In this document: one piece after another, positions 1 through 11,908 of the stretch
Layout of the letters: each line of letters starts with the position of its first letter
Position numbering within the stretch: position 1 is the stretch's first letter
DNA from: Eledone cirrhosa
Lineage: Eukaryota
DNA: 64,000 nt
NCBI GenBank assembly: GCA_964016885.1
Contig: OZ024755.1
Location: 38,378,001-38,442,000, forward strand
Direction of reading: 5' to 3'
Position numbers and translations under genes: made by a program
Notes under the pieces: generated by a model
What the model was told of the DNA's origin: nothing
What the model saw: only the letters and a program-made list of their open reading frames with translations
The model's database searches: none

Positions 1-60
1 AGTAGAGGTAGTAGTTTCAGACACTAGTAGTAGTTTGTCTCCTATCAGTATTTAGGTGAA

Positions 61-372
61 GTAGTGTAGAGGTGGTAGTAGTAGTAGTGGTGGTGGTGGT
101 GGTTTTAGTAGTGTTGGTGGTAGTGGTAGTGGTAGTAGTGTTGGCGGTAGTAGTGGTGGTGGTGGTGGTAGTAGTTGTGGTAGTGGTAATGGTGGTAGTG
201 GTGGTAGTTGTAGTGGTGGTAGTAGTTGTGGTGGTAGTGGTGGTAGTAGTGGTGGTGGTAGTAGTGGTAGTAGTTGTGGTGGTAGTAGTTGTGGTAGTGG
301 TAATAGTGGTAGTAGTAGTGGTGGTAGTGGTGGTAGTAGTGGTGGTGGTAGTGGTGGTAGTGGTGGTGGTAG
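61..372. repeat. (GTA/GTG)n trinucleotide microsatellite
   Basis: Direct reading; source of the poly-Val ORF. A ~30-bp flank (tagtttgtctcct..cagtatttaggtgaagtag) is duplicated on both sides. Confidence 0.95.
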
Positions 373-497
373 TTTGTCTCCTCAGTATTTAGGTGAAGTA
401 GAGGGGGGGGGCAAGAAACTGATACTTTCCTAACTTTTGGTGACTATTAATTCTTTGATTTCTTATAACATTTATATGGATAGCTTAACTCCCAATA

Positions 498-837
498 CTC
501 TCTCTCTCTCTTGCTCTCACACATACCCTCTCTCTCTTGCTCTCACACATACCCTCTCTCTCTTGCTCTCACACATACCCTCTCTCTCTTGCTCTCACAC
601 ATACTCTCTCTCTCTCTTGCTCTCACACATACTCTCTCTCTCTCTCTCTCTCTCATACGCACTCACTCACTCACTCTCTCTTACTCTCATACATACACAC
701 ACACTCACTCTCTCTCTCTTACTCTCATACATACACACACACTCACTCTCTCTCACACACCCTCTCTCTCTCTCACACACCCTCTCTCTCTCTCACACAC
801 CCTCTCTCTCTCTCACACACACACACCCTCACACACC

Positions 838-870
<33 letters not shown>

Positions 871-898
871 CCTCTCTCTCTCTCTCTCTCTCACACAC

Positions 899-938
<40 letters not shown>

Positions 939-1046
939 CATCTCTCACACACACACCCTCTCTCTCTCACACACCCTCTCTCTCTCACACACCCCCTCTC
1001 TCTCTCACACACCCTCTCTCTCTCTCTTTCACACACACACACACAG
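498..1046. repeat. Compound (CT)n/(CA)n microsatellite
   Basis: Direct reading. Confidence 0.95.
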
Positions 1047-1359
1047 CTGAATCTAATGTGAGATGGACAAACCAGGTCTAGAAGACTGCCTGGTCTGGTG
1101 GTGTTGTAGGCAGTGTATTGCTCTCATATTCCATATTTACAGCCAGACATTCTAATCAAGAAATATTTATCATTATTATTATTATTATTGAAAACTGGAT
1201 TTTCTTTCTCTCTACTCAGGTTTCATGCCACTGTGAATTTTAGTTTAAATAATATATATATATATATATATATATGCAAAAGTTTTATTTAAAATTGTTG
1301 GGTTACAACGAATAAATATTTTATAACTGATATAAAGCACTCAACAAGTTTTGGAGTAG

Positions 1360-1608
1360 ATATACGATATTAAACAAATGGAAACTATATTTATAAAACC
1401 ATATTTATTTCATTATACATATTTCAGGGATACCATATTAGAAATATGGCATGCCTTCTTCAGACAAAATACAATATATAAGCAGTTTTATAAATAAATT
1501 TGATGTACCATGAATATTGTTCAACTTCCATTTAAAAAAGTTGGTTTGGAAATATGTATAATGAAATAAATATGGTTTTATAAATATAGTTTCCATTTGT
1601 TTAATATC

Positions 1609-1614
<6 letters not shown>
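1360..1614. repeat. Inverted repeat with ~66-bp arms (1360-1425 / 1549-1614) between (TA)n tracts
   Basis: atatacgatattaaacaaatggaaac...catatttc is the reverse complement of gaaatatg...gtttccatttgtttaatatcgtatat. Confidence 0.9.
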
Positions 1615-1658
<44 letters not shown>

Positions 1659-1840
1659 TAATAAAAACAATGAAATAAAAACAAAGAACAAATTGCTTAT
1701 ATTAAAAAATTCATCATTTTACGATCGTTTCTAGGATGTATATGTGTGTGTTGGTATGTATATCATATAGATCTATGTAAAAATATTACAAATTATCTGA
1801 AGAAATATACATGCCGTCCGTATTTTTTGGTAGATTTATC

Positions 1841-1894
<54 letters not shown>

Positions 1895-2715
1895 TTAGTT
1901 AAGCAAAACAAGACCACAAATTTCACAAGGAAGACATTATTAAAAGATTATCAACATATTTAGTTTGATGTAAGTAATGTAGAGAATAATAATAATAATA
2001 ATATTAATAATAATAATGCCCGTTTACAATTGTTTCGCTACTCCGTATAATATTTCTGGATCAGATATGATCTTTCCTATCATATCTCCTCTACTATCTC
2101 AATCTCTCTCTTTAAGATTGGTTACTCTTGAACTGTGTATATATATATATATATGTAAAAGGTAAACAGAAATAACAACACAGTATAATATTTCTGGATC
2201 AGATGACTATGTATCATAATTGATCTGGTTCAGTTGAAAATAATTAACATATTTTAAAAAAAACAGAGTGGCTCATCGGAACTCAAAGGAATATAAATTA
2301 AAATAATGTTACATAATATAATGTTCCATATATTAGTTTTTACTATTGTGCCTTTGTTTCATCAGCTGTCAGCCATAATCAAGCAGTACTCATCTGCCGA
2401 GGCTGCATTGTGTGAGATCTGCCTATGGGACATATATATATATATAGTAATAATAATAAATTTGAAGACTAAAATCCAAAGAGGGCTCGATAAGGATAAA
2501 TATATAAGAATATATATATACCTGTTAGTTCTTTTGTTACTTTGGTATTGTATGGTTGGGTTTTGCCTACCGCAATTTTCAATTTGTCAAGCTATTTAAA
2601 CGTATGTTATTACTCTAAGGACCTACCCTTATTGAGTGCTTTGCTAACTCATTCCTTATTGTAGGTCGTCTTTGCTTGGCCACAGCCAAAGCTTCGATTT
2701 TACTAAGCTTCCACT

Positions 2716-2752
<37 letters not shown>

Positions 2753-2810
2753 TCATTTCATTTCATTTTATGTCCGCTTTTCCCTGCTAGCAAGGGTAGG
2801 ACATAGTCAA

Positions 2811-3590
2811 GGGCAGTGGATTGGCAGTATCGGTAGAGGGTCGGACGCCATGCCTTCTAGCATAGAGTTACGGCCCTTTATGGTCTGAGTTCAAATCCTG
2901 CTGAGGTTAACTTTGTCTTTCATCCTTACAGAGTCGATAAAATAAAGTACCAGTAATGCACTGGGATAATTGCTGGCCTTGTGCCAATAGAAATAATAAA
3001 TTATAATGTATGTCTAAAATCCAATTTATAGTGGTTGTAAATTGATCGGAATATTTGTATGGGTTATCTCCCTTAGAACATCTCGTTTTCTTTTAATTAG
3101 TGGCCACTAAGTTTTTTTTTATTAAAGTCCCTGGGAGACTGAGTCGCCAAATAATGTTTGTACCAGTTAAAAGCATGTATGTATACATATATATACACAT
3201 GTACATGTATACACATACACACACTCCATGCACGAAAGGGCAGTAGATTGTCAGTATTGGTAGAGCATCAGGCATGCTTTGTGGTATATAGTTACATCCC
3301 TTTGCGTTCAGAGTTTAAACTCCACCGAAGTAAACTTTGATTTTCATCCTTACAAGACCGATAAAATAAAGTACTAGTAATACCCTGGTTTCAATTTAAT
3401 CTACTCCCACCAAAAATTGTTGGCCTTGTGTCTAAATTAGAAACCATATAGAGTTACGGCCCTTGCCATTCTGAGTTCAAATCCCGCCGAGGTTAACTTT
3501 GCCTTTCATCCTTACGGGGTCGATAAAATAAAGTACCAGTAATGTACTGGGTAATTGCAGGCCTTGTGCCAATAGTAGAAACAATTAATT
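2811..3590 (+). mobile_element. Cluster of tRNA-derived SINE family A copies (Nin/Deu-like central domain)
   Basis: Head ggcagtatcggtagag, B-box-like gagttcaaatcc, core gcctttcatccttacggggtcgataaaataaagtaccag, tail gctggccttgtgccaa..tagaaac. Copies at ~2811-2992, 3238-3447 and 3450-3585. Confidence 0.85.
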
Positions 3591-3633
3591 ACTTCATAAC
3601 TTTCAATCTCCATATTACAGTCAATGGCTTTAA

Positions 3634-3975
3634 ATCATCATCATCATTTCATTTTACGTCCGCTTTTCCCTGCTCGCAAGGGTGGGACGGGAACTGATTC
3701 TGGCTTGATTTCTACAGCTGGATGCCCTTCTTAACACCAACCTCATTTACAGTGAGTGCTGGGTGCTTTTTTGCCGTGGCACCTCCACGTCCACTTTGCA
3801 GTGGAATGATATGGACCCCAGTCCCTATCATCTCATTTCTACAGCTGAGTAAACTGGAGCAATGTGAAATAAAGTGCCTTGCTCAAGGAAACAACACATC
3901 ACCCGGTCTGAGAATTGAACTCACAATCTTTCGATTGCAAGCCCAATGATCTAACCACTAAGCCATGTGCCTCCA
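3634..3975 (-). mobile_element. tRNA-derived CORE-type SINE (family B), full length
   Basis: - strand: ggaggcacatggcttagtggttaga (A box), gagttcaattctc (B box), cttgagcaaggcactttatttcac..cagtttactcagctgtagaaatgag (CORE-like), tail ending in (tga)n. Confidence 0.88.
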
Positions 3976-4060
3976 TAATTATTATTTTATTTACTCATTC
4001 AAGTAAATTACTTAAATTTAGCTTCATAGTCTCTGCCATTAATGACTGAATGAAAGGCAA

Positions 4061-4746
4061 AGGGCGGTAGATTGGCAGTATCGGTAGAGGGCCGGACACC
4101 ATGCTTTGCAGCATAGTTACGGCCCTTTATGGTCTGAGTTCAAATCCCACCGAGGTTAACTTCACCTTTCATCCTTACGGGGGTCGATAAAATAAAGTAC
4201 CAGTAATACACTGGGATAATTGCTGGCCTTGTGCTAAAAGTAGAAACAATTAATGCCTGAATGAACTTGAAGGAATGTGAAATGAAGTGCCTTGCTGAAG
4301 GACAACATATCACTCTATATGTGAATCAAACCACCGAACCCTTTAGTCTTAAGTTCAGCACCCTAACCACCAGACATCTTCAGATTAATAAAATATATAC
4401 CTTGTAATCATAAGCATATTGCTTTCTTTCATTTTTTTCTGACAAAATTGGCCAATTTTCCAACCAAAATCTTTATGCACAGTTAACTTTGCCTTTCATC
4501 CTTACAGGGTTGATAAAATAAAGTACCAGTAATGCACTGGGGTAATTGCTGGCCTTGTGCCAAAAGTAGAAACAATTATTATTAGGTGGTGGATTGGCAG
4601 CATCGGTAGAGTGTCAGGCCCTTTACGTTCTGATTTGAAATCCCGCCGAGGTTAACTTTGCCTTTCATCCTTACGGGGTCGATAAAATAAAGTACCAGTA
4701 ATGCACTGGGTATTTGTTGGTCTTGTGCCAAACGTAGAAACAATTA
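4061..4746 (+). mobile_element. Further SINE family A copies and fragments
   Basis: Same diagnostic core at ~4061-4250, 4480-4577 and 4584-4746. Confidence 0.85.
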
Positions 4747-4973
4747 TTGTGACATCTTTATTCATTATTGTATTGTACATATTTTGTTGTTTATTTTGTG
4801 ATTAAAATAAATGAGCCGAGTATATTATATTACTTGAAATTTTAGGAATTTTCCGACAAAACCAAATTTTCTGGCCCCAATTTCTGGAGAGTGCAGCTGC
4901 ATCTCCAGCAATGCATCACTGCTTGTAATGATATAACATTAATAAACTTCAATTTCTCTCATTTTCTTTTCAG

Positions 4974-5088
4974 AGAATTAACATTCAGGAAAGGAGATGT
5001 TCTCTATCTTCATCATCGGCTTGATAAGAATTGGTTTGCTGGGGAGAAACATGGACGTTATGGTATTTTCCCAAGCAGCTACGTTGAG
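4974..5088 (+). CDS. SORBS1: SORBS/CAP/vinexin-family adaptor, exon encoding most of the first C-terminal SH3 domain (gene starts upstream of the window)
   Basis: Acceptor ttttcttttcag|A, donor GAG|gtagga. Encodes ELTFRKGDVLYLHHRLDKNWFAGEKHGRYGIFPSSYVE (SH3 motifs EL.F..GD, W..G, G.FP..YV). Family call is by recognition; the vertebrate paralogue number is arbitrary. Confidence 0.9.
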
Positions 5089-5154
5089 GTAGGAATATAA
5101 TCTACATTGACTATCATTTTGTTTTCTTTTTAGCAGGTGTCACGACAAAAAAAA

Positions 5155-6090
5155 CACACAGTCCACGCTGTAATGTGGTCGTGTAGGTAACACAGTAAAA
5201 AGCTCCCAGTCCACGCTGTAATGTGGTCGTGTAGGTAACACAGTAAAAAGCTCCCAGTCCACACTGTAATGTGGTCGTGTAGGTAACACAGTAAAAAGCT
5301 CCCTGTCCACGCTGTAATGTGGTCGTGTAGGTAACACAGTAAAAAGCTCCCAGTCCACACTGTAATGTGGCCATGTAGGTAACACAGTAAAAAGCTCCCA
5401 GTTCACACTGTAATGTGGCCGTGTAGGTAACACAGTAAAAAGCTCCCAGTCCACGCTGTAATGTGGTCGTGTAGGTAACACAGTAAAAAGCTCCCAGTCC
5501 ACACTGTAATGTGGCCATGTAGGATACACAGTAAAAAGCTCCCAGTCCACACTGTAATGTGGCCATGTAGGAGACACAGTAAAAAGCTCCCAGTCCACAC
5601 TGTAATGTGGCCGTGTAGGTAACACAGTAAAAAGCTCCCAGTCCACACTGTAATGTGGCCATGTAGGTAACACAGTAAAAAGCTCCCAGTCCACACTGTA
5701 ATGTGGCCATGTAGGAGACACAGTAAAAAGCTCCCAGTCCACACTGTAATGTGGCCATGTAGGAGACACAGTAAAAAGCTCCCAGTCCACACTGTAATGT
5801 GGTTGTGTAGGAGACACGGTAAAAAGCTCCCAGTCCACACTGTAATGTGGCCATGTAGGAGACACAGTAAAAAGCACCCAGTCCACACTGTAGAGTGGTT
5901 GTGTAGGTAACACAGTAAAAACCTCCCAGTCCACACTGTAAAGTGGTTGTGTAGGTAACACAGTAAAAAGCTCCCAGTCCACACTGTAATGTGGCCGTGT
6001 AGGTAACACAGTAAAAAGCTCCCAGTCCACACTGTAATGTGGCCGTGTAGGTAACACAGTAAAAAGCTCCCAGTCCACACTGTAATGTGG
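5155..6090. repeat. 48-bp minisatellite, ~19 copies, derived from a SINE 3' segment
   Basis: Unit cacagtaaaaagctcccagtccacactgtaatgtggccgtgtaggtaa. The last unit runs into ggttggtgttaggaagggcatccagc, as in the SINE at 20931-20995. Confidence 0.93.
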
Positions 6091-6730
6091 TTGGTGTTAG
6101 GAAGGGCATCCAGCCGTAGAAAACCTGCCAGATAGTCCTATACGAGCGAGACCCGGTCACCCGACCAATCTTGCCTCAAGTGGGACAATTCCCATCTAAC
6201 CCATGCTAGCGTTGAAGATAGATGTTAAACGCTGATGATGATGATGATGATGATTCCTTCTTTTACCTTTTGTCAACTTTTTCATCTTTCCATCTTTCCA
6301 TCCTCTCCTCCTTCCAACCACATCATTATTCACATCATCATCATCATCATCATATATATATTTTCCATGCTTACATGGGAGAGATGGGTTGTCATGTTCT
6401 CAGGCTAGACAAGCAGGTCAGATGACTGTCTCGCTCATATGTTCCATGTCAACTAATAGAAGTGAAATAATTAAACAGTGGGTAAAATTTTGAACTACTG
6501 GAAGTTAACCCTTTCAATTCTGACCCTTCTGCGAAGTGTGTTGTCGCCAGCCTTCAACATCCACAAATAATCACTGAAAAAACTTATATTCCTCAGTTAA
6601 ACCTGACCAAAAATAAAAGATAATAAATCTTTGAATTTCACAAAAGACTCTGGCAATACCTTACTAAAGCATTCAGACTAAAGCAATGATATAAATTAAC
6701 CTACTATTTCATTGGTGTTGTTTTATTGAT

Positions 6731-7200
6731 CCTGAAACTATGTAAAGTAAGGTTGGTGTTAGTTGGGGTCACCACCGACATCTGACTCCCCCTGAAACTA
6801 TGTAAAGTAAGGTTGGTGTTAGTTGGGGTCACCACCGACATCTGACTCCCCCTGAAACTATGTAAAGTAAGGTTGATGTTAGTTGGGGTCACCACCGACA
6901 TCTGACTCCCCCTGAAACTATGTAAAGTAAGGTTGATGTTAGTTGGGGTCACCACCGACATCTGACTCCCCCTGAAACTATGTAAAGTAAGGTTGGTGTT
7001 AGTTGGGGTCACCACCGACATCTGACTCCCCCTGAAACTATGTAAAGTAAGGTTGATGTTAGTTGGGGTCACCACCGACATCTGACTCCCCCTGAAACTA
7101 TGTAAAGTAAGGTTGATGTTAGTTAGGGTCACCACCGACATCTGACTCCCCCTGAAACTATGTAAAGTAAGGTTGATGTTAGTTGGGGTCACCAACAACA
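6731..7200. repeat. 60-bp minisatellite, ~8 copies
   Basis: Unit cctgaaactatgtaaagtaaggttgrtgttagttggggtcaccaccgacatctgactccc aligns line by line. Confidence 0.95.
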
Positions 7201-7344
7201 TCTAATTTCTCAAGTCACAGTCAAAATATATCCAATATTCTGCTCTCAATGACACCATTCCATTTATTTTTAGTCTTCATTTCTAAGTTATCTCCCTGGG
7301 ATTATCAACGATGGTGATGACTAAAAAATATTAATTATTACACA

Positions 7345-7560
7345 TTAACTATTTATTTACAGGTGTTAATTACAATAAGATGATCCTATCTGTTTAGTGC
7401 AGGTGTTTAATAAGAAAATGATTACCTATTTAGTACAGGTGTAAACTACAATAAAATAATTACCTATTTATTACAGGTATTTAAGTACAATAAAATCATT
7501 ACCTATTTATTACAGGTGTTTAACTACAATAAAATCCTTACCTATTTATTACAGGTGTTA
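7345..7560 (+). repeat. Degenerate ~39-bp tandem repeat whose last unit is the exon splice acceptor
   Basis: Six copies of ..cag|gt.. with AG at ~7362, 7402, 7438, 7476, 7515 and 7554. Confidence 0.85.
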
Positions 7561-7665
7561 ACCTCAATAGAGGCAGCAAATGCAGCAGCTCAACAAGCTG
7601 AGGGTCAGGCTCGTGCAAAATATACTTTTGTGGCTCAAACATCTGTTGAGTTACATTTGAAAAAG
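7555..7665 (+). CDS. SORBS1: SORBS/CAP-family exon: linker and start of SH3 #2
   Basis: ttattacag|GTG ... AAG|gtaatt, phase 0/0. Encodes VLTSIEAANAAAQQAEGQARAKYTFVAQTSVELHLKK. Confidence 0.88.
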
Positions 7666-7729
7666 GTAATTGATATTTCATGTTTTATTGTTTTACTGGT
7701 TTCAGTTATTGTAATCCTTATCATGGAGT

Positions 7730-8072
7730 CCTAAAGTCTGTCTTGATCCCAGAGACTCATCAGGCAAGCTTTTATCCTGGTTTCCATGGCATGATGCAAC
7801 TGAGAGTACTTCCCCCTGGACAGGACGCCAGTCCATCACAGGGTTAATTCCCCACCTGGTACTCGTTTTCAGCTGGAGCAACATGAAATGCAGTGTTTTG
7901 CTCAAGAACACAACACACAACCCAACCCAGGAGTTGAACCCACAACATCATGGTTGTAAGTCCACCACCCTTAACACTAGGCCACACACCTCTACACAAC
8001 CCAACCCAGGAGTTGAACCCACAACATTATGGTTGTAAGTCCACCACCCTTAACACTAGGTCACACACCTCC
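7730..8072 (-). mobile_element. CORE-type SINE with a duplicated 78-bp tRNA head
   Basis: acaacccaacccaggagttgaacccacaac..cttaacactagg.cacacacctc occurs twice in tandem. The body is similar to the SINE at 45086-45323. Confidence 0.8.
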
Positions 8073-8276
8073 ACTTACAGGGATGGAAGAGGAAAATGAA
8101 GTTGGTGGGGTAGAGATACAGGGGATAGAACAAATTGAAGAAGGTTTGTCATAGGCCCCCAATAAAGCCAACCTCTGCCTTAGTAGGGGCTGCCTTCAGT
8201 CATTGTACTGAGGCCATGCTGAGAGAAATGTGTGGAAATATTTTGAACCGCAGTCTCTTTACTTTTTTCTTTATAT

Positions 8277-8390
<114 letters not shown>

Positions 8391-8408
8391 TATATATAAT
8401 ATATATAT

Positions 8409-8443
<35 letters not shown>

Positions 8444-8571
8444 ATATATATATATATATATTATATATATATAGCTCTGGTTTATCCAAACTATTGAGCC
8501 CTTTGCCATACATTTCGAAGATTGTGTTTCGTTATTTCGTGGGCTGAGATTCCGATTCTCGATTATTTATT

Positions 8572-8652
<81 letters not shown>

Positions 8653-9089
8653 ATTATGATTTAGCTTCAGACATAGCTGTATACAGATATGTATAGAAAT
8701 TTCGTATTTCTAAAGAAACATGGTATGTTTACCAGTAAACATTTAGGAAACAATAGCTATACAAAAAAAAAAAAACAAAAAAAAACACCCTCTGGTGGTG
8801 TCCAGCAGAAGCAAGGGGGCTCAATTGTTGATGCATCTCAGACTTAACTGGTCCTTATCAGGACCATCCCTCCCACACTTGTGACTACTGGATTTGAAAA
8901 TAGTCGAGAATATATAGTTTTCTCATCTGTGTAAATGAGGTGATTAATCTCATTTGCATATGAAGCTGCATAAGTTGGCTCAACTTATAATAGAATAGAA
9001 TTAGGATTTAGCTTCAGGCATAGTTGTCTACAGATATGTACAGACATTTTGTATTTCTAAAGAAACACTGTATGTTTACAGAGGAAGCC

Positions 9090-9125
<36 letters not shown>

Positions 9126-9487
9126 CAGCTTGCTCTTGAGTGCTACTGGTAACATGTAACCCAGTATAACCTGTACATGGTTGGGTCATCGGCGACTAAA
9201 CCGGCAACCTCACCAAGCAAGCTTGATTTTGGACACACCGTGGGATGCAAAACAAGCCTGTCAAAGGGCAGAGGAACTCGGGAGAATCAATGGACATCCA
9301 CACAAATTACTTTTATTGTATTATAAATAAATATTTACTCCACAATGTATGTTGAATACTCTTTGTTTTGTTCATAATATTACTTGATAACATAATAATA
9401 ATGACAAATAATTTCTTTTTTTCGTTGTTATTTTTATTTTTTCCAATAATTTTCCATGTCTTTATGTAATTCTTGTTGTTGTCTTAG

Positions 9488-9650
9488 GGTGATATGATTA
9501 CCTTATTACGCAAAGTCGATGAGAATTGGCTTGAAGGCCGCATTGGTTTAAGGCAGGGTATTTTCCCTATTAGTTATGTTGAGGTTATGAGGCAGCCATC
9601 CACTCCACTGGTAACTCCGGCACCATCAGTGATATGTACTCCAATGACAG
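9488..9650 (+). CDS. SORBS1: SORBS/CAP-family exon: rest of SH3 #2 and start of Pro/Ser/Thr linker (not in ORF track)
   Basis: gttgtcttag|GGT ... ACAG|gtaact, phase 0/1. Encodes [54 protein letters not shown]. Confidence 0.9.
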
Positions 9651-9739
9651 GTAACTAGAATTCTTTTTAGTCTAATATTTTTATCATAAGTCACCATTGG
9701 TTTCCTGTCCCCTTTTCCATGTTTGTATAGATTGAGGGA

Positions 9740-11660
9740 TCTATTCCAACACAGCTTTCCTCCAATTGTCACATTCCTTCATCATCTTTGAGAGGTTCAA
9801 TATCTTGAGATTATCTTTCACCAATTTTAACCAGCTTTTTCTTGGTCTTCCTCTTCTGCAGTTACATTCCATTTGGAGCTTTTAGCACTATTTCACCCAA
9901 TAATCATCATCCAGACACATCAAGTATCTATACCAGCATCATTTTCTCTCTTCAATATTTCAACTGATTCCTCTTATACCCAGTTTTCCCCCAACACAGC
10001 CACCAAAGCATGCTACCCCCATTTCTTTCTAACCTCTGCTCATCCTTTGCGTTTATTGCCCATGTCTCACTACCAAGCAACATATATTGCCCATGTCTCA
10101 CTACCAAGCAACATATATTGCCCATGTCTCACTACCAAGCAACATATATTGCCCATGTCTCACTACCAAGCAACATATATTGCCCAAGTCTCACTAACCA
10201 AGCAACATATATTGCCCAAGTCTCACTAACCAAGCAACATATATTGCCCATGTCTCACTACCAAGTGACATATATTGCCCATGTCTCACTACCAAGCAAC
10301 ATATATTGCCCAAGTCTCACTAACCAAACAACATATATTGCCCATGTCTCACTACCAAGCAACATATATTGTTCATGTCTCACTACCAAGCAACATATAT
10401 TGCCCAAGTCTCACTAACCAAGCAAGATATATTGCAAATGTCTCACTACCAAGCAACATATATTGCCCAAGTCTCACTAACCAAGCAACATATATTGCCC
10501 AAGTCTCACTAACCAAGCAACATATATTGCCCATGTCTCACTAACCAAGCAACATATATTGCCCATGTCTAACTAACCAAGCAACATATATTGCCCAAGT
10601 CTCACTAACCAAGCAACATATATTGCCCATGTCTCACTACCAAGCAACATATATTGCCCATGTCTCACTAACCAAGCAACATATATTGCCCATGTCTTAC
10701 TACCAAGCAACATATATTGCCCATGTCTCACTAACCAAGCAACATATATTGCCCATGTCTCACTACCAAGCAAAATATATTGCCCAAGTCTCACTAACCA
10801 AGCAAAATATATTGCCCATGTCTCACTACCAAGCAACATATATTGCCCATGTCTCACTACCAAGCAACATATATTGCCCATGTCTCACTAACCAAGCAAC
10901 ATATATTGCCCATGTCTCACTACCAAGCAACATATATTGCCCATGTCTCACTAACCAAGCAACATATATTGCCCATGTCTCACTATCAAGCAACATATAT
11001 TGCCCATGTCTCACTAACCAAGCAACATATATTGCCCATGTCTCACTACCAAGCAAAATATATTGCCCAAGTCTCACTAACCAAGCAAAATATATTACCC
11101 ATGTCTCACTACCAAGCAACATATATTGCCCATGTCTCACTACCAAGCAACATATATTGCCCATGTCTCACTAACCAAGCAACATATATTGCCCATGTCT
11201 CACTACCAAGCAACATATATTGCCCAAGTCTCACTAACCAAGCAACATATATTGCCCAAGTCTCACTAACCAAGCAACATATATTGCCCATGTCTCACTA
11301 CCAAGCAACATATATTGCCCATGTCTCACTAACAAGCAACATATATTGCTCAAGTCTCACTAACCAAGCAACATATATTGCCCATGTCTCACTAACCTAG
11401 CAACATATATTGCCCATGTCTCACTACCAAGCAACATATATTGCCCAAGTCTCACTACCAAGCAACATATATTGCCCAAGTCTCACTAACCAAGCAACAT
11501 ATATTGCCCATGTCTCACTACCAAGCAACATATATTGCCCATGTCTCACTACCAAGCAACATATATTGCCCATGTTTCACTACCAAACAACATATATTGC
11601 CCAAGTCTCACTACCAAGTGACATCACACTTCATATACAGGCAACATTGTTCAATATTAT
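9740..11660 (-). mobile_element. Decayed RTE-clade LINE 3' ORF fragment interrupted by an internal minisatellite
   Basis: - strand flanks translate to ..ACI*SVMSLGSETW and AINAKDEQRLERNGGSMLWWLC, resembling the RTE C-terminal (LxYGSETW ... RLE..E.xMLRW) region. Confidence 0.7.
10054..11620. repeat. 31/32-bp minisatellite, ~50 copies
   Basis: Unit tattgcccatgtctcacta(a)ccaagcaacata. Confidence 0.95.
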
Positions 11661-11672
11661 TTATTTCCTCAA

Positions 11673-11864
11673 AGGGCGGTGGATTGGCAGTATCGGTAGA
11701 GGGTCAGGTGCCATGCTTTGAAGCATGGAGTTACCTCCCGTTATGATCTGAGTTCAAATCCCGCCGTGGTTAACTTTGCCTTTCATCCTTACGGGGTCGA
11801 TAAAATAAAGTACCAGTAATGCACTGGGATAATTGCTGGCCTTGTGCCAAAACTAGAAACAATT
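11673..11864 (+). mobile_element. SINE family A, full length
   Basis: Complete head, core and tail as at 2811. Confidence 0.88.
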
Positions 11865-11908
11865 ATTTATTTCCTCAGAATGTGTTTATGTTGTTTCATT
11901 AATCCTAG

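Noticed and set aside
72-1081. Poly-Val and SLSHT ORFs
   Set aside because: Microsatellite translations.
8649-9080. ~85-bp direct repeats suggesting LTRs
   Set aside because: No TG..CA termini, PBS or PPT seen; more likely a diverged local duplication.
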